This document shows positions 15,379 through 29,828 of a stretch of DNA of 64,000 nt, one piece after another. The position numbers were made by a program, and so were the translations under genes. Within the stretch, counting starts at the first letter, position 1, and the number at the start of each line of letters is the position of its first letter. Origin of the DNA: Octopus sinensis (lineage: Eukaryota); the NCBI RefSeq assembly GCF_006345805.1, contig NC_043009.1, positions 67,952,001 to 68,016,000 on the forward strand. Direction: 5' to 3'. Under the pieces are notes generated by a model. It had not been told where the DNA came from, ran no database searches, and worked only from the letters and a program-made list of their open reading frames with translations.

Positions 15379-15798
15379 AAGGCGGCGAGCTGGTAGAAAC
15401 GTTAGCGCGCCGGGCGAACTGCTTAGCGGTATTACGTCTGTCTTTACGTTCTGAGTTCAAATTTCGCCGAGGTCGATTTTGCCTTTCATCCTTTCGGGGT
15501 CGGTTAAATAAGTACCAGTTACGCACTGGGTTCGATGTAATCGACTTAATCCCTTTGTCTGTCCTTGTTTGTCCACTCTATGTTTAGCCAATTGTGGGTA
15601 GTAAAGAAATAGGTATTTTGTCTGCCGTTACGTTCTGAGTTCAAATTCCGCCGAGGTCAACTTTGCCTTTCATCCTTTAGGAGTCGATTTAATAAGTACC
15701 AGTTACGCACTGGGTTCGATGTAATCGACTTAATTCCTTTGTCTGTCCTTGTTTGGCCCCTCTATGTTTAGCCCCCTGTGGGCAATAACGAAATAAAA
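15379..15798 (+). mobile_element. SINE family D (Meta/MESC-like central domain), head-to-tail partial dimer with 16-bp TSD
   Basis: ggcggcgagctgg...gagttcaaat...ttgcctttcatccttt...agtaccag; body present twice; TSD aatattgcaattggct at 15363-15378 and 15799-15814. Confidence 0.92.
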
Positions 15799-16432
15799 AA
15801 TATTGCAATTGGCTCAAATGCGCGCCTTCTATCGTCAGTCAGCACTCGATCTGTTTTCTATTCCGAATAAAATTGTTACTTATAATATTTGATATGATGG
15901 AGTCTTAGGAACCGTATTTACCAATTTGATATAAATATATTTGATAAACAAATATATTTCCGATTCTTTGTGTTTCTCGTATTTATTTCAATTTCGAATT
16001 TCGATTATTTTTCTTTCCACGATATTACATTTCCCGGAAAGAGGCGAGATATCCATGAGATAATAAACGTCTCCGTCCGGTCTTCGCTTTCATAATGATA
16101 TCAAACACAAATTATGGCGGTTCACCTGAACCGTAGAAATGTCAGTCATAGAATAAATATAGAAATTGAAATAGAAAATGAACAAAAGTACAAACAAGCT
16201 GGTGCATATATATATATATATATACAGACACTAATGGAGATATATATTTAACACACGTGTACACACACTCATGCACACACACACATGCACATATATATAT
16301 ATATATCAATATATATATGTATGTATGTATGTATGTATATATATAATATATATTATATATATATATATATATATAATATATATAGAGAGAGAGAGAGGAG
16401 AGAGAGAGGGGGAGAGGGAGAGAGAGAGACTT

Positions 16433-16640
16433 TTTTATTCTTTTTACTTGTTTCAGCTATTTGACTGCAGCTATGCTGGAGCACTGCCCTTAGTCGAACA
16501 AATCGACCTCAGGACTTATTCTTTGTAAGCCTAGTACTTATTCTATTGGTCTCTTTTGCCGAACTGCTAAGTTATAGGGGCCGATAACACCACCATCGTT
16601 GTAAGCGATGGTGGGGGCCAAACACAGACACACAAATACA
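16433..16640 (-). mobile_element. SINE family C, 3' half
   Basis: Reverse complement of 29060-29257. Confidence 0.85.
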
Positions 16641-16647
16641 TACGTGC

Positions 16648-16694
<47 letters not shown>

Positions 16695-16955
16695 TAAATA
16701 TATATATAATATATATATATAATATTTATATAAATAAATATATATATATATATATATATATTAACAAATATATATATATATATAATATATATATATATCT
16801 ATATAAATATATTATATATAAACACGCACACGCACATACACACATATACATATATATATGTATGTATGTATTATGTATGTATATATATAAAATTTAAAAA
16901 TAGGATAAAATCTTTATAAGAATTTATCAAGTAGTTAGCGTGAAAATCTCATAGA

Positions 16956-17290
16956 GGACTTTGCCTTTCATCTTTTCGGGGTCGATAAATTAAGTTCTAG
17001 TTACGTATTGGGGTCGATGTAATCGACTTAATCCCTTTGTCTGTGCTTGTTCGTCCCCTCTATGTTTATCCCCTTGTGAGCAATAAAGAAATAAGAAACG
17101 TTAGCACGCCGGGCGAAATACTTAGCGATGTTTCGTCTGTCTTTACGATATGAGATCAAATTCCGCCGTGGTCGACTTTTCCATTTATTCTTTCGGGGTC
17201 AATAAATTAAGTACCAGTTGCACATTGGGGGTTGATCTAATCGACTGGCCCTTCCCACAAAATTTCGGGCCTTATGCCTAGAGTAGAAAA
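16956..17290 (+). mobile_element. SINE family D, permuted multimer (body-tail-head-body-alternative tail)
   Basis: Junction caataaagaaata|agaaacgttagcacgccggg near 17093. Confidence 0.88.
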
Positions 17291-17333
17291 CGATATTAGA
17301 TATAGCTTAAGCTGATGATTCACTCTCTTTTAT

Positions 17334-17368
<35 letters not shown>

Positions 17369-17371
17369 AAA

Positions 17372-17416
<45 letters not shown>

Positions 17417-18404
17417 CAGACAGAGAAAGACATATCTACACGCACATATATATGTATGTATATATGAAACCAATATGGTGCATATAATATATCACATGCA
17501 TATATCATTTGTATTATATATGTGTATATGTATGCATGTATGTTTACTGATCCTCTCACACATATTTGTATCGCCGGGGATTTATATATTCCAACATTCC
17601 TTCAATATTTCCACGTGTTTTACTCATTTTCCAATTACATATATCTTCTTTCTTCATTACTACACGCAACCATCCGAACTACTACATACACGGATCTTAA
17701 CTACTTGATATATATATATATATCCTTAACTACTACCAAAATATGTCTTAACTACGGCGTAAGTTATTAGTTAATGAAAATATATTACCGTACGCTGTGG
17801 CTCTCTGAATAAGAGATAGATTACATGGCGCACAAAATAATTACAATGGTTAAAGTTTTCTGTTTGTTTCCCAATTTTCTTTCCGGTTACATATATGTCT
17901 TGCTGTCGGCATCAAATTCCTTACGGTCTTCTTTTCGTCTCCAGATAAAGCAAGAATATACAGACATTTACTTAGGTTGTATAATCTGTTGTTGGCATCA
18001 GGAAATAGATCGATGAAGGTCTCTGTGCCAAATTCGGTTAACGAAATTTAACAATGAGTATCTAAGTTGAAAAAAAAATAAACAAAATAGTATTGCTCTA
18101 TAATAGTCTTGGCACCGAAATGGTCACCATAAGAAGATAAGACTAAAACTAGTGGTAAAGATTTTGATAACTCGTTTTGGTTAGGCATGAGGCCAATACG
18201 TTTCTAGCGAGGGTTTCTAGCGGAACAGTATGTGATTTGTAATACGCATGACAACGTGGGAGACGATTCGCGATCACTTATCCTTCTAGAAATAGAAAAT
18301 AAATCTCCTTTAATTCACCCTATACCATCCAAGAAACGAAGGACCATCATTGGATAATGCAGTCCTCAAAATGTAATAATCATAGCTAATATATATATGT
18401 GTAT

Positions 18405-18442
<38 letters not shown>

Positions 18443-18454
18443 TATATATATGTA

Positions 18455-18832
18455 TTCTTTTATTCTTTCACGTGTTTCAGTCATTTGACTACGGCCATGT
18501 TGGAACGCCACTTTTAGTCGGGAAATCGACCCCAGGACTTATTCTCAGTAAGCCTAGTACTTATTCCATCGGTCACTTTTGCCGAACCGCCTAGTTACAG
18601 GGACGTAAGCACACCAGCTTCTGTTGTCAAGCGATGTTGGAGCGACAAACACACAAACACATATCTATATACACGACGGGCTTCTTTCAGTTTCTGTCTT
18701 TCAAATCTACTCACAAGGCTTTGGTTGGCCCGAGGCTATAGTAGAAGACACTTGTCCAAGGTGCCACACAGTGGGACTGAACCCAGACCCATGTGATTGG
18801 TAAGCAAGCTACTAACCACACAGCCACTCCTA

Positions 18833-18836
<4 letters not shown>
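18455..18836 (-). mobile_element. SINE family C, near full length
   Basis: Reverse complement of the 28869-29257 type. Confidence 0.9.
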
Positions 18837-18879
<43 letters not shown>

Positions 18880-18904
18880 GTATATATGTATGTATAATGA
18901 CACT

Positions 18905-19145
18905 TTCCGAGTCATATAGGCTCATATGGCCGGTTTTCCGGTTTCCGTGGCATATATAATTATTCTTCATTTGACGGGGCGCCGGTCCGTCGCAGGATTG
19001 CAAATGTTTGTCAGCTGAGTGGACTGGACCAATGTGAAATGAAGTGTTTTGCTCAAGAACACAACACATCGCCCGGTCCAGGAATCGAAACCTCAATCTT
19101 ACTATTATGAGCGCAGCAGCCTAACCACTAAGCCACACGCCTCCA
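18905..19145 (-). mobile_element. tRNA-derived SINE, head B + tail Y
   Basis: rc: ggcgtgtggcttagtggttagg...ggtttcgattcc...tgtgttcttgagcaa...cctgcgacggaccggcgccccgtc...ggaaaccggaaaaccggccatatgagcc. Confidence 0.88.
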
Positions 19146-19484
19146 CCCATGGCCGAAATGCCCTTGATGATAGGTGTGCTCAGTCGTATTTCGAATTGGC
19201 AATATAAAATCTTGTAGATCCAAGGAAAAGGGACGGAAAGCAGCGTGGACAGTTTTTGTCCTGATATGTTTTAAACGAATTTAAATTAAATTCCGTTACT
19301 TTAATCTTCTGGCTCGGCTACGGCCATTTTACTTTTAAATATTCATTAAAAATTATTAACTAAATTATTTAAGCAATTAAGAAGAAATATTTAAGGTATG
19401 AGTTATTTAAAAAAATATCATTCAGCTTGTTTTAATTATACTTTAATTACATTTCTCTTTTCATCATGTGACTATTATAGAAGG

Positions 19485-19855
19485 GTGGAGGCGCAATGGC
19501 CCAGTGGTTAGGGCAGCGGACTCGCGGTCGTAGGATCGCGGTTTCGATTCCCAGACCGGGCGTTGAGCGAAAAACACATAAAAAAGCTCCACGAGGCTCC
19601 GGCAGGGGATGGTGGTGATCCCTGCTGTACTCTTTCACCACTCTTTCTCTCACTCTTACTTCCTGTTTCTGTTGTACCTGTATTTCAAAGGGCCGGCCTT
19701 GTCACACTCTGTGTCACGCTGAATATCCCCGAGAACTACGTTAAGGGTACACGTGTCTGTGGAGTGCTCAGCCACTTACACGTTAATTTCACGAGCAGGC
19801 TGTTCCGTTGGTCGGATCAACCGGAACCCTCATCGTCGTAACCGACGGAGTGCTT
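19485..19855 (+). mobile_element. tRNA-derived SINE, head A + tail X, full length with 11-bp TSD (resembles Octopus OR-type SINEs)
   Basis: A box tggcccagtgg, B box ggtttcgattcc; TSD attatagaagg at 19474-19484 and 19859-19869. Confidence 0.93.
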
Positions 19856-20481
19856 CTCATTATAGAAGGAAAATGACGGGATTTACAAAGCATTTGACGG
19901 CTGAAATGTGAGCTTTAATTTCCAATTTGTTGTAGAATTTCTGTGGTCATTAGTTTGTTTTCTTTTTGGCTCAAGTTCAGCCCTGGCGGAGCAAAACTGT
20001 GACATAAGTAATTTCTGAGATGACAATGGAAGACTTGCACAAAAGATTATGAAAGCATCGTATATGCGCTGATTTTTTCATTCGACTTGCATTCCATTGA
20101 TGTCCTTTATTTATTGCGGTCATTTCTCAACACAAATGTCCAGGCATGGCTGTCTGTTTCACCTAAGGTTTACAGCTTTTACGTGGTTTCTCTTGGATTA
20201 TTTTAAAGGGGACTCATCAACTGTCCATATTGTATAGGGAAAACGAAATATATTCAGAAAATGATGCAGATGTTCCCAGAAAATATGTTGTGACTCTCAG
20301 ATTCAGGAAAAAATAATGTATGAATCAACCATCCGAGAAACATTGATGGCCGACAGCTACAAGAAATTTAAAATTACCCTTATCGATGAATTTAAATGAA
20401 AAAGAGTTTTGTCTCTTTATAAGATAGTTCGATAACTGGTATTTTTCTTATAATTTCTGTCTTGCTGTGTGACAAAGATGT

Positions 20482-20792
20482 GTCGACTTTGCCTTTCATC
20501 TTTTCGGGATCGATAAATTAAGTACCAGTTACGAACTGGGGTCGATGTAATCGACTAAATCCGTTTGCCTGTCCTTGTTTGTCCTCTCTGTGTTTAGCCC
20601 CTTGTGGGCAGTAAAGAAATAGGTATTTCGTCTGAGGCGAAGTTCTGAGTTCAAATTCTGCCGAGGTCGACTTTGCCTTACATCCTTTCGTGATCGATAA
20701 ATTAAGTACCAGTGAAACACTGGGGGTTGATGTAATTGACTAGTCCCCCCACCACCACAAAATTCATGCCCTGTGCCTTCAGTTGAAAGGAT
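20482..20792 (+). mobile_element. SINE family D, permuted multimer
   Basis: Body-tail, then junction gtaaagaaat|aggtatttcgtctg, then second body. Confidence 0.88.
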
Positions 20793-20877
20793 TATTTTAT
20801 TATTGTCTTCTTTATTGGAAATATGTCTCTTCCAATTTAACGAAATGCCGATAGGCAAATGTGTGGTGTGTGTGTGC

Positions 20878-20919
<42 letters not shown>

Positions 20920-21651
20920 TCACGGAGACATATTTGTGTCAGCTAGAAAGAGAAAGCAGATATTGCTAAATTTTATTGATACTTGGGGAATCGTATCAAA
21001 TCTATGGAAATTAGAATCAAGCAGCGTTCACAAGTTTAGCTATTCTTATATATATCGTCTTTCATGTTTACAAACACACAAATACGTACACTCACAAATA
21101 CACACTTACGCAAACACACGCACACACGCACACACGCACACGGTGTCTCCTTTTCTCTAGTACACAGATTGAGTGATGTGTGTGTGTGTATATACACCCG
21201 TTTGTGTGTAGGCGGAGAAGGAAAAAAAGTGGGGGTGAGAGAGAGAGAGAATGGAGAGAGAAAGTGAGGGGGAATGAAGAAAGAGAGAGAGAGATGGAAG
21301 GAAGAAAGAAAGAAAGGGAGAGAGAGTGTGAAGAAAGAGAAAGAGAGAGAGATGGAATGGAGAGAGAAAGAGAAAGGGAATGAAGAGAGAAAGAGAGTGT
21401 AAAGAAAGTGAAAGAGAGAGAGAGAGACTGAAGAGGGAAAGTGAGAAGGAATGAAAAGAGAAAGAGAGATAGAATTTGTGTGTATGTGTGTGTGTATGTA
21501 CGAGTGTGTGTCTGTGTGTCCGTGTCTATTTCTATTTGCATTTGCATCAATATTATTAGCATTATTATCTGCAATATTGGAAAATGTTTTCGTTGATTTA
21601 AAGAAATCGCAATAAATATTCGTCAAATCACTTATTTCTCTATACGCATAC

Positions 21652-21735
<84 letters not shown>

Positions 21736-21744
21736 GTGTGAGTG

Positions 21745-21779
<35 letters not shown>

Positions 21780-22504
21780 ATGTGTGTGTATGTGTGTCAA
21801 TATATATATATATACACACATATATATCGATATATATATTTATGTATGTATATATATATATGCATGTATGTATCCACAGAGAGAGAGAGGTGAGTGAGTG
21901 AAAGAGAGCGAGAGAAATAGAGTGGGGTCTGAAGGTCAATCCTGATAATTCCCGTGAGATGTATTATCTTTTGATATACTTTTACGGTCATTGTGGATAA
22001 AAGGTTTCGTATAAATTTCATTGAAATTTATGAGTGTTGATATAAGCGGCGTACTTTTATGTTAAGGTTTTCAGTCTTTAAACACGAGGAGAACGGAATC
22101 AAATTGTTCTGATTTAAATCTTCTTTGACATTTTGGTATTTAAATTTTACGTCTTTCCATTCTAGAAAGAAGCTCGTCGTTGTTGCTGCTAGTATTTTAT
22201 TGCTGGGTCAATCCAGGTCAAGCAGACCATTGCATAAAAACACTTCGGTTGTGACCTTCCATTGTTACTTCTTGAATCAGAAGATAGCGTGAATGACTTG
22301 AGGCAGGCTTCGTAGAAACCGACTACGGTGGGCTCGAGAAGAAAAGCGAATTTACGTAGGAGGGAAGCTGATGTTGAATCTAGTTCGCCGTTTCGATTCT
22401 GGACTGCAGCTACTCCACTCTTTCCAAATTTGCAAATATTTATAACTACTTCCTGTTACAGCCGGAAGCCAGTAGATCTGCTCATCTACGAATGCTGTTG
22501 TTGA

Positions 22505-22685
22505 TCTTGTTTAGCCCCAGATCTACTTTGAGCGAGCAAACTTATTACTAAGGTTATTCAAATCATGATCACACTGCCTTTGCAGCAGTGTTTATCTCAG
22601 ACCACACTATGAAATGTTATCTATTCTAAAGATGAGACAGGCTATGATTTAAGAGAGATTTAACTGCTATGTCATGCAGGTCGAA
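22505..22685 (-). mobile_element. Old unclassified interspersed repeat; related degenerate copies near 890-990, 18270-18365, 23170-23230, 26690-26850, 54405-54570, 63565-63870
   Basis: Recurring motifs tgtttagccccag...gagcagac and tagaaatagcagc..a.ct.cctcaaatca. Confidence 0.6.
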
Positions 22686-22730
22686 TTCCATAATTTAGTG
22701 AGTAATTCAGCTATTCCTTAATGTTTAGCC

Positions 22731-22962
22731 TATTTCTTTACTGCCCACAAGGGGCTACACAAATAGGGGACAAATAAGGACAGACACACGGATTAAGTCG
22801 AGTATATCGACTCCAGTTCGTAACTGGTACTTATTTAATCGACCCCGAAAGGATGAAAGGCAAAGTCGACCTCGGCGGAATTTGAACTCAGAACGCAGTG
22901 GCAGACGAAATACTGCTAAGCATTTCGCCCGGCGTGCTAACGTTTCTGCCAGCTCGCCGCCT
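22731..22962 (-). mobile_element. SINE family D, full-length monomer
   Basis: Reverse complement of 15381-15610. Confidence 0.92.
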
Positions 22963-23240
22963 CATTTAATACCATTGTTGTAAAACACACGAGGAAGCAA
23001 ATACATAAGACATGGTTCATCTTTTTCAAGAAGCGGGATGCATGAGACCTGGCTCATCATCAGACGAGCTGCACAACTTAAAAGATTCCATGGTAATTTT
23101 TCGCTTAGGTGCGCCATTTAGAAAGTCCCGTGGGCTGCACTTTGTTCACGACTGATCGACTTTGTTGGCTTAACCCGCTAGAAATAGCAGCTGAACCTAC
23201 CTCAAATCAAATCCTATTGCCCTAAAAAATAACTTGTATA

Positions 23241-23457
23241 TATTTCTTTATTGCTCACAGAGGGGACAAACAAGGACATACAAAGAGATTAAGTTGATTA
23301 CATTGACGCCAGTGCGTAACTGGTATTTATTTAATCGACCCCGAAAGGTTGAAAGGCAAAGTAGACCTCGGCGGAATTTGAACTCAGAACGTAACGGCAG
23401 ACGAAATGCTGCTAAGCATTTCACCCGGTGTGTTAACGTTTTTGCCAGCTCGCCGCC
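23241..23457 (-). mobile_element. SINE family D monomer with possible TSD cttgtata
   Basis: Homology to 22731-22962; cttgtata on both flanks. Confidence 0.88.
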
Positions 23458-24066
23458 ATACCTTGTATAATGAGGTTCTGGGTTCCCAATACATAAAAAA
23501 CACGGCAGGATACTCGCTCCTGGAATGTTTTGATACTAGTTTTGTTGAATCAGACTTAGTTAGCCTCTGCTTAAACATCAACATCTCTATCATCATCATC
23601 CAGGCACCTTTGGTTGAATTGTTTCCGATACAAGTCTTTCATACCTATATTTCACCTGTAGAAATTTTAGAATAAGAATCAACCACAAAAATCTCACCAG
23701 GCTGTAGAAAAAGAGACCTGCGAAATGGTTGCCGTTACGTCCTTTCTCCTCTCTCTCGCTTATGAACTGAATAACATAATCAAATCACCCAATAATAAAA
23801 ACAAAACGAAGCCAAAAAATATATGCAAAGTCTTTCTGTTTTTCTTTGATAAACAATATAACTATTTCCTTCTTACAAATCAAAGTCAATATATCCTGGT
23901 AAACCCGTTACTTGAAGAGTTTGGTGTGGAGTCAGTTAATCAAATTATTGTTTTTATAGCGGAAAAACACAACATATAAATATTTACCCTAGAATCTTAG
24001 TAAAACTTCCTGTTAGTTGTTATAAAGCTTATTCTGAGTGGCTCATCGACTTGTCATTCATATTTA

Positions 24067-24337
<271 letters not shown>

Positions 24338-24367
24338 CCCGTTGGGTGAATTATCCGGACCAAGCTA

Positions 24368-24555
24368 CTCTTTCAAGCCAGGTGTCCCGCTTTCCCCAAA
24401 CAGTCTTCATATCTTCAACCTGATAGCCGGTGTCTTTCACAAGTTACTCGATATCTGCTCTTCTTGCTCTGCCAATACCTGGATGTCCATGTGTATATTC
24501 CCACAGAAGAAGATCGCCAGACATTTCATCTTTGCTTCTCCAGCAGTCTCTTGCT
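24368..24555 (-). mobile_element. RTE-clade LINE C-terminal fragment
   Basis: rc translates to [58 protein letters not shown] (typical GHCWR...GRP...DR..W C-terminus). Confidence 0.8.
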
Positions 24556-25894
24556 TAAAGTATTCTATCTTTGATTACCGAGGTGTCAACAGGAAGAGGT
24601 GTTTCTTCAAAGCAGTCTTTCAATCAGTTCTCTATGACTCTTCGGCATGAACACCGAACAAGATATTTAAAAACAAGCTAGATCGTACGTCTACGAAAAT
24701 ACCTCCTACACTTTTCAATCTTTCTTGGCAACAACATCCAACAAAGCAACAGTTGTATGACAGTCTTTTTACTGTTACACTCAGCCGACTCATAAAAAAG
24801 ATACTTCGGATATTGAGCTGGCCTGGATACAAATTATTTGATAAAAAGGGTAAAAAAGATAAGCATATTACTGTCGGGACACTTTCGATCTTCGATCTGT
24901 CTGCTCGATCGATTCTGACCGGGGGTTAAACATAAAAACAACATATGAGTAAAAAATCTGGTTGTGTCAAGTAAATAAAACTGATCCGATATCTCTCGGA
25001 CCCGTTTATACAGATTAATACGAGTAGCTCTACTTAAACTTGAAATACAAATCACTTAACCCATTCCAGATGATGGTGTTTACATTGACCGATCCCAGCG
25101 TCTTCATTTTATAAAGCAAACACTCGTAACACAGGCGCTGACATCAAGTTGTAATACGCCGCGGTAATAAACCTGTTGACAACGATCACTATTTTACAAA
25201 GCAACAGCTGTCAGACAGACATTTCGTTTTTCTTTGGTAGAACACACACATCTGTAAATCTCCACTGATGTAAGTGGTTTCAGACCGCAAAACAAAGCCT
25301 ATTTATCCTTCTTGCAACAATCGACATAAAACATTTCGTTTGATTTGTCATGTTATTTGTTATTTATATTAGAAAAAGAGTAGAAATAGAAAATGGCTGG
25401 TGATGGTTTCGCTTGAATATTACTGCTCTTTATTTTATCAATACTAAATGAGTTACCATCTGATATTTAAGAGTAAACTAACGATTGCTGAAGACAAAAA
25501 CATAAGCTTTGGAGCAGCCTAGATGGACACTACCCGTAAAAACAATTACGAATTACTCAATGAATCTGAATTTCATTGTAATACCAGCGTCAGGACATTC
25601 ATTGTACGGAGACAAATAATAAAACGATAAAAAGAATACAATTAGCTTTACAACGACGATGAATTTTATTGTTCGGGAATCGATCTGATAATTAATTTTA
25701 CCAATCGGAAGTGCATATCGATTGGTGATTTGGTGACCAGCCATATTTACCGATAACTCAGTAGTGTGTGTGTATGTATGCATGTATGTGTGTATGTATG
25801 TATGTATGTATGTATGTATGTATGTATGTATGTATGTATGTGCATCTGTCGATATATGAATGTGTACGGAAATCTCTCTCACTCTCTGTCTATA

Positions 25895-26033
25895 TCTTCT
25901 TCTTCTTCTTCTTCTTCTTCTTCTTCTTCTTCTTCTTCTTCTTCTTCTTCTTCTTCTTCTTCTTCTTCTCTTCTTCTTCTTCTTCTTCTTCTTCTTCTTC
26001 TTCTTCTTCTTCTTCTTCTTCTTCTTCTTCTTC
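25895..26033. repeat. (CTT)n microsatellite
   Basis: Direct reading. Confidence 0.97.
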
Positions 26034-26039
26034 TCTGCT

Positions 26040-26251
26040 AAAATTTGAGCTCAGAACGCAACGGCAGACGAAATACCGCTAAGCTTTTCGCCCGACGTGC
26101 TAACGTTTCTGCCAGATCACCACCCTCTAGAAATTATTCTATCGTTCTTTTTTGCCGAAACGCTAAGTTACTGGAACGTAAACACACCAGCATCAGTTGT
26201 CAAGTGATGTGGGGGGACAAACACAGACATACAAACACACACACACACACA

Positions 26252-26342
<91 letters not shown>

Positions 26343-26424
26343 TGGACAGGCTTCTTTCATTCTTTCAGTTTCCGATTACCAAATCCACTGACAAGGCTTT
26401 GGTCAGCCCGAGGCTATAGTAGAC
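26040..26424 (-). mobile_element. SINE D head fragment adjacent to SINE C middle fragment with expanded (CA)n
   Basis: Homology to the family D and family C copies above. Confidence 0.75.
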
Positions 26425-27109
26425 CCTATGCCTTGTCAGTAGGGGCCCTAGGTGCCATTGCCAAATGCCCTTCTGTTATGATACTTTGTCGTGATTGAGG
26501 TCTTCTGCCATACTCAATTAAACAACTATCAATCCACCAACACGTAATTCCAACATCTCTTCTCAAACGACTTTTACGGCTGTTTTTATGCAGCATCTGT
26601 ACATACCACACTTATTTTTGTATCTCTAGCACGCATGCGTGCATATACAGATTAGAACCGTCCATTCACGGGGGTGTTCGGATTCTTCCACAACACCTTC
26701 AAATCACACCTAAATGTCATTCAGAACATAGGAGACATTTTGCAGTAAGATAAATATATAATCTAAAAAGAGAATAAGGTAATGTAAAGAGCAGGGCGTC
26801 GTAGGAACCACTAGAATGGACTCAACTTAGGGGCTAAAACAATAACAACACCGATAAAAACAATGATTACCACCTCCACCACCATCAATCACCTCCATCA
26901 ACGCCGCCGCAGCCGCCGACAGCACTACATCAACAAGAAAAGCAACAACCTTACATTAGATGTATTCTAGACGCGGTTGCAATTGTGGGGAAAAAACAAA
27001 AAAAAACACAACAAAACAAAATCTCATTCCGACTCGACGTGAAGATTTTACGATGAATTAACTAATTTAATTTACTGGTTTTACAATAATGTGAAAGAAA
27101 AACTAAAAT

Positions 27110-27120
27110 AAAATAACAAC

Positions 27121-27176
<56 letters not shown>

Positions 27177-27374
27177 CAACAATGACAATAATAACAACAC
27201 AACAACAACAACAACAACAACAACATAATAATAATATAATTGTAATAATGATAACAATAGTAAAAATAAAAATAATAATAATAATAATGATAATAATAAT
27301 AATAATAATAATACTAATACTAATACTACTACTACTACTAATAATAATACTAATACTAATAATAATAATAATAA

Positions 27375-27409
<35 letters not shown>

Positions 27410-27439
27410 ATAATAATAATAATGATAATAATAATAATG

Positions 27440-27500
<61 letters not shown>

Positions 27501-27565
27501 TAATAACAATAATAATAATAATAATAGTAGTAGTAATGATAACAATAGTAAAAATAATAATAACA
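27110..27565. repeat. (TAA)/(CAA)/(TAC) compound trinucleotide microsatellite
   Basis: Direct reading. Confidence 0.97.
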
Positions 27566-28374
27566 GTCAATAAAGATGATAGTGTGATTTTAATAGGCAG
27601 TGTTTTTTAGAGGTTTTGGTTTTTAAGCAATTTGTTGGAAACACTTAATGGATTTGGATGATATTCCATCAGCCAAATAAACAAAACAAAATTGCAGACC
27701 TGTCTTCATTGCTTCAACCGAAATATATGAATATGTTAGGTGTCAACAACATCTAACAATTCATTAAATAAAACAATAGCAAGATATAGGAAGCAATAAG
27801 AAAGAACCAAAACAAACGAAAAAAAATATATAGATCCAAATCTCCGAAGTAAATTTAATGTGATGTCACAAATCTGTGATAAGTGAGTCGTGCTGAATTT
27901 ATTGATTGGGCGGGAGATACCAAACAACTGCAAATTGTCCCCAAACACCTGAGCAGGTCGTTGTTCTAAAACTGTTGGCTTTTCACAAACAGCAGTAAAA
28001 CCAAATATTTTTTTATGATGGCGAAAATAGATGGGAATATCTCAATCAGCAGCAGCAGGGTTGATGGTCATGGTAGGTTAGACATTCCGAACGTTAACAC
28101 ACATATACGTACATATGTATATACACACACATATACACATATGCATCTGTGTGTTGACAAACGTTTCAAAAGCCAGCGCACTGTCTGCTCCCAGCCCACA
28201 CCATGATGGTGGCATAAAGGAAAACATATAAAAACTTGCTTCAAAAACCATTAGCCCCATGCAGACACTATTAATCTCTACCAAACATTTTTAACACCAC
28301 AACACTAGTCGTGTGAAATACGGAACGCTTTTCTGTCGCATGCACGCACATACGCACACACTCAGAACACACAC

Positions 28375-28422
<48 letters not shown>

Positions 28423-28690
28423 ATATACAAATATATATACATACATACGTATATATATACACATACATACATACACACATACACACACACATATATATGT
28501 ATATAGGTATGTGTGTGTGTGTGCATGGGTATATGTGTATATGTATATAAATATATATATATATGGACATGTATAGACACACACATATATACGCACACAT
28601 TCATATATAGTTCAAAATTGTACAAAAAAGAAAGAAAGAGACACGTGAAGGAACAACAAACAGTTTGACACTCAGGGAAAATGGAAGAGT

Positions 28691-28726
28691 CTTTGACGTT
28701 TCGAGCCTATGCTCTTATACAGAGAG
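28691..28726 (-). ncRNA. Degenerate hammerhead-like motif, same family as 14212, in a Penelope-like end (~28610-28745)
   Basis: rc: ctct-CTGTATA-a-gagc[atag]gctc-GAAA-cg-TC-aaag; core mutated. Confidence 0.5.
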
Positions 28727-28812
28727 GAATGTTTATAGGACTTTATATTTTTTATTTTATTTTATTTTATCTAGTTTCAGCTCACGAGCTGTGGCCATGC
28801 TGGGGCACCGCC

Positions 28813-28868
<56 letters not shown>

Positions 28869-29257
28869 GGCGCAGGAGTGACTGTGTGGTAAGTAGCTTG
28901 CTAACCAACCACATGGTTCTGGGTTCAGTCCCACTGCGTGGCATCTTAGGCAAGTGTCTTCTGCTATAGCCGCGGGCCGACCAATGCCTTGTGAGTGGAT
29001 TTGGTAGACGGAAACTGAAAGAAGCCTGTCGTATATATGTATGTGTGTGTGTGTTTGTGTGTCTGTGTTTGTCCCCCTAGCACTGCTTGACAACCGACGC
29101 TGGTGTGTTTACGTCCCCGTCACTTAGCGGTTCGGCAAAAAAGACCGATAGAATAAGTACTAGGTTTACAAAGTATAAGTCCCGGGGTCGATTTGCTCGA
29201 CTAAAAGCGGTGCTCCAGCATGGCCGCAGTCAAATGACTGAAACAAGTAAAAGAGTA
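28869..29257 (+). mobile_element. SINE family C, full length, CORE-like domain and internal (TA/TG)n, inserted in (TA)n
   Basis: ggcgcaggagtgactgtgtggtaag...gggttcagtccc...gtggcatcttaggcaagtgtc...ctccagcatggccgcagtcaaatgactgaaacaagtaaaagag. Confidence 0.92.
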
Positions 29258-29347
29258 TATATATATATATATACACATACATACATATGCACAAGCACAC
29301 ACAAACACAAACACGTACACACACACACACACTCATCCACACGCATG

Positions 29348-29380
<33 letters not shown>

Positions 29381-29599
29381 TCATCATGCATGCGTGTGTG
29401 CGACACCATGTTTGTCTAAATTCCTGTTGATTTGTTGAAGTACGCATGACCAACCTACTTGGCAGAAGGAGACCCTTTGAATAAGAAACAGCCCGAAAAT
29501 GGGGTTTATCTGATGGACCATACATGTCAAGTAGGGTCTCCAGCATGGCTGCAGTCCATTGTTTGAAACTCGTGTAAAAGTATATGTAGAAGATTAAAT

Positions 29600-29828
29600 A
29601 GGCGCAGAAGTAGCAGTGTGGTAAGTAGCTCGCTTACCAACCACATGCTTCCGGCTTCAGTCGCACTGCGTGACTCCTTGGGCGGGTGTCTTCCACAATA
29701 GCCTTGGGCCGACTAAAGCTTTGTGAGTCGTCGGCAAAAAAGACCAATAGAATAAGCACTAGGCTGGTGCTCCAGCATAGCCGTAGCCAAATGACGGAAA
29801 TAAATTAGAGAATAAAAGAATAAAAGAA
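29600..29828 (+). mobile_element. SINE family C, internally deleted
   Basis: Head and tail match 28869-29257; middle missing. Confidence 0.8.

Noticed and set aside
19488-19562. tRNA gene
   Set aside because: It has A and B boxes but continues into a SINE body with TSDs and lacks a proper acceptor stem; the same applies to the other SINE heads
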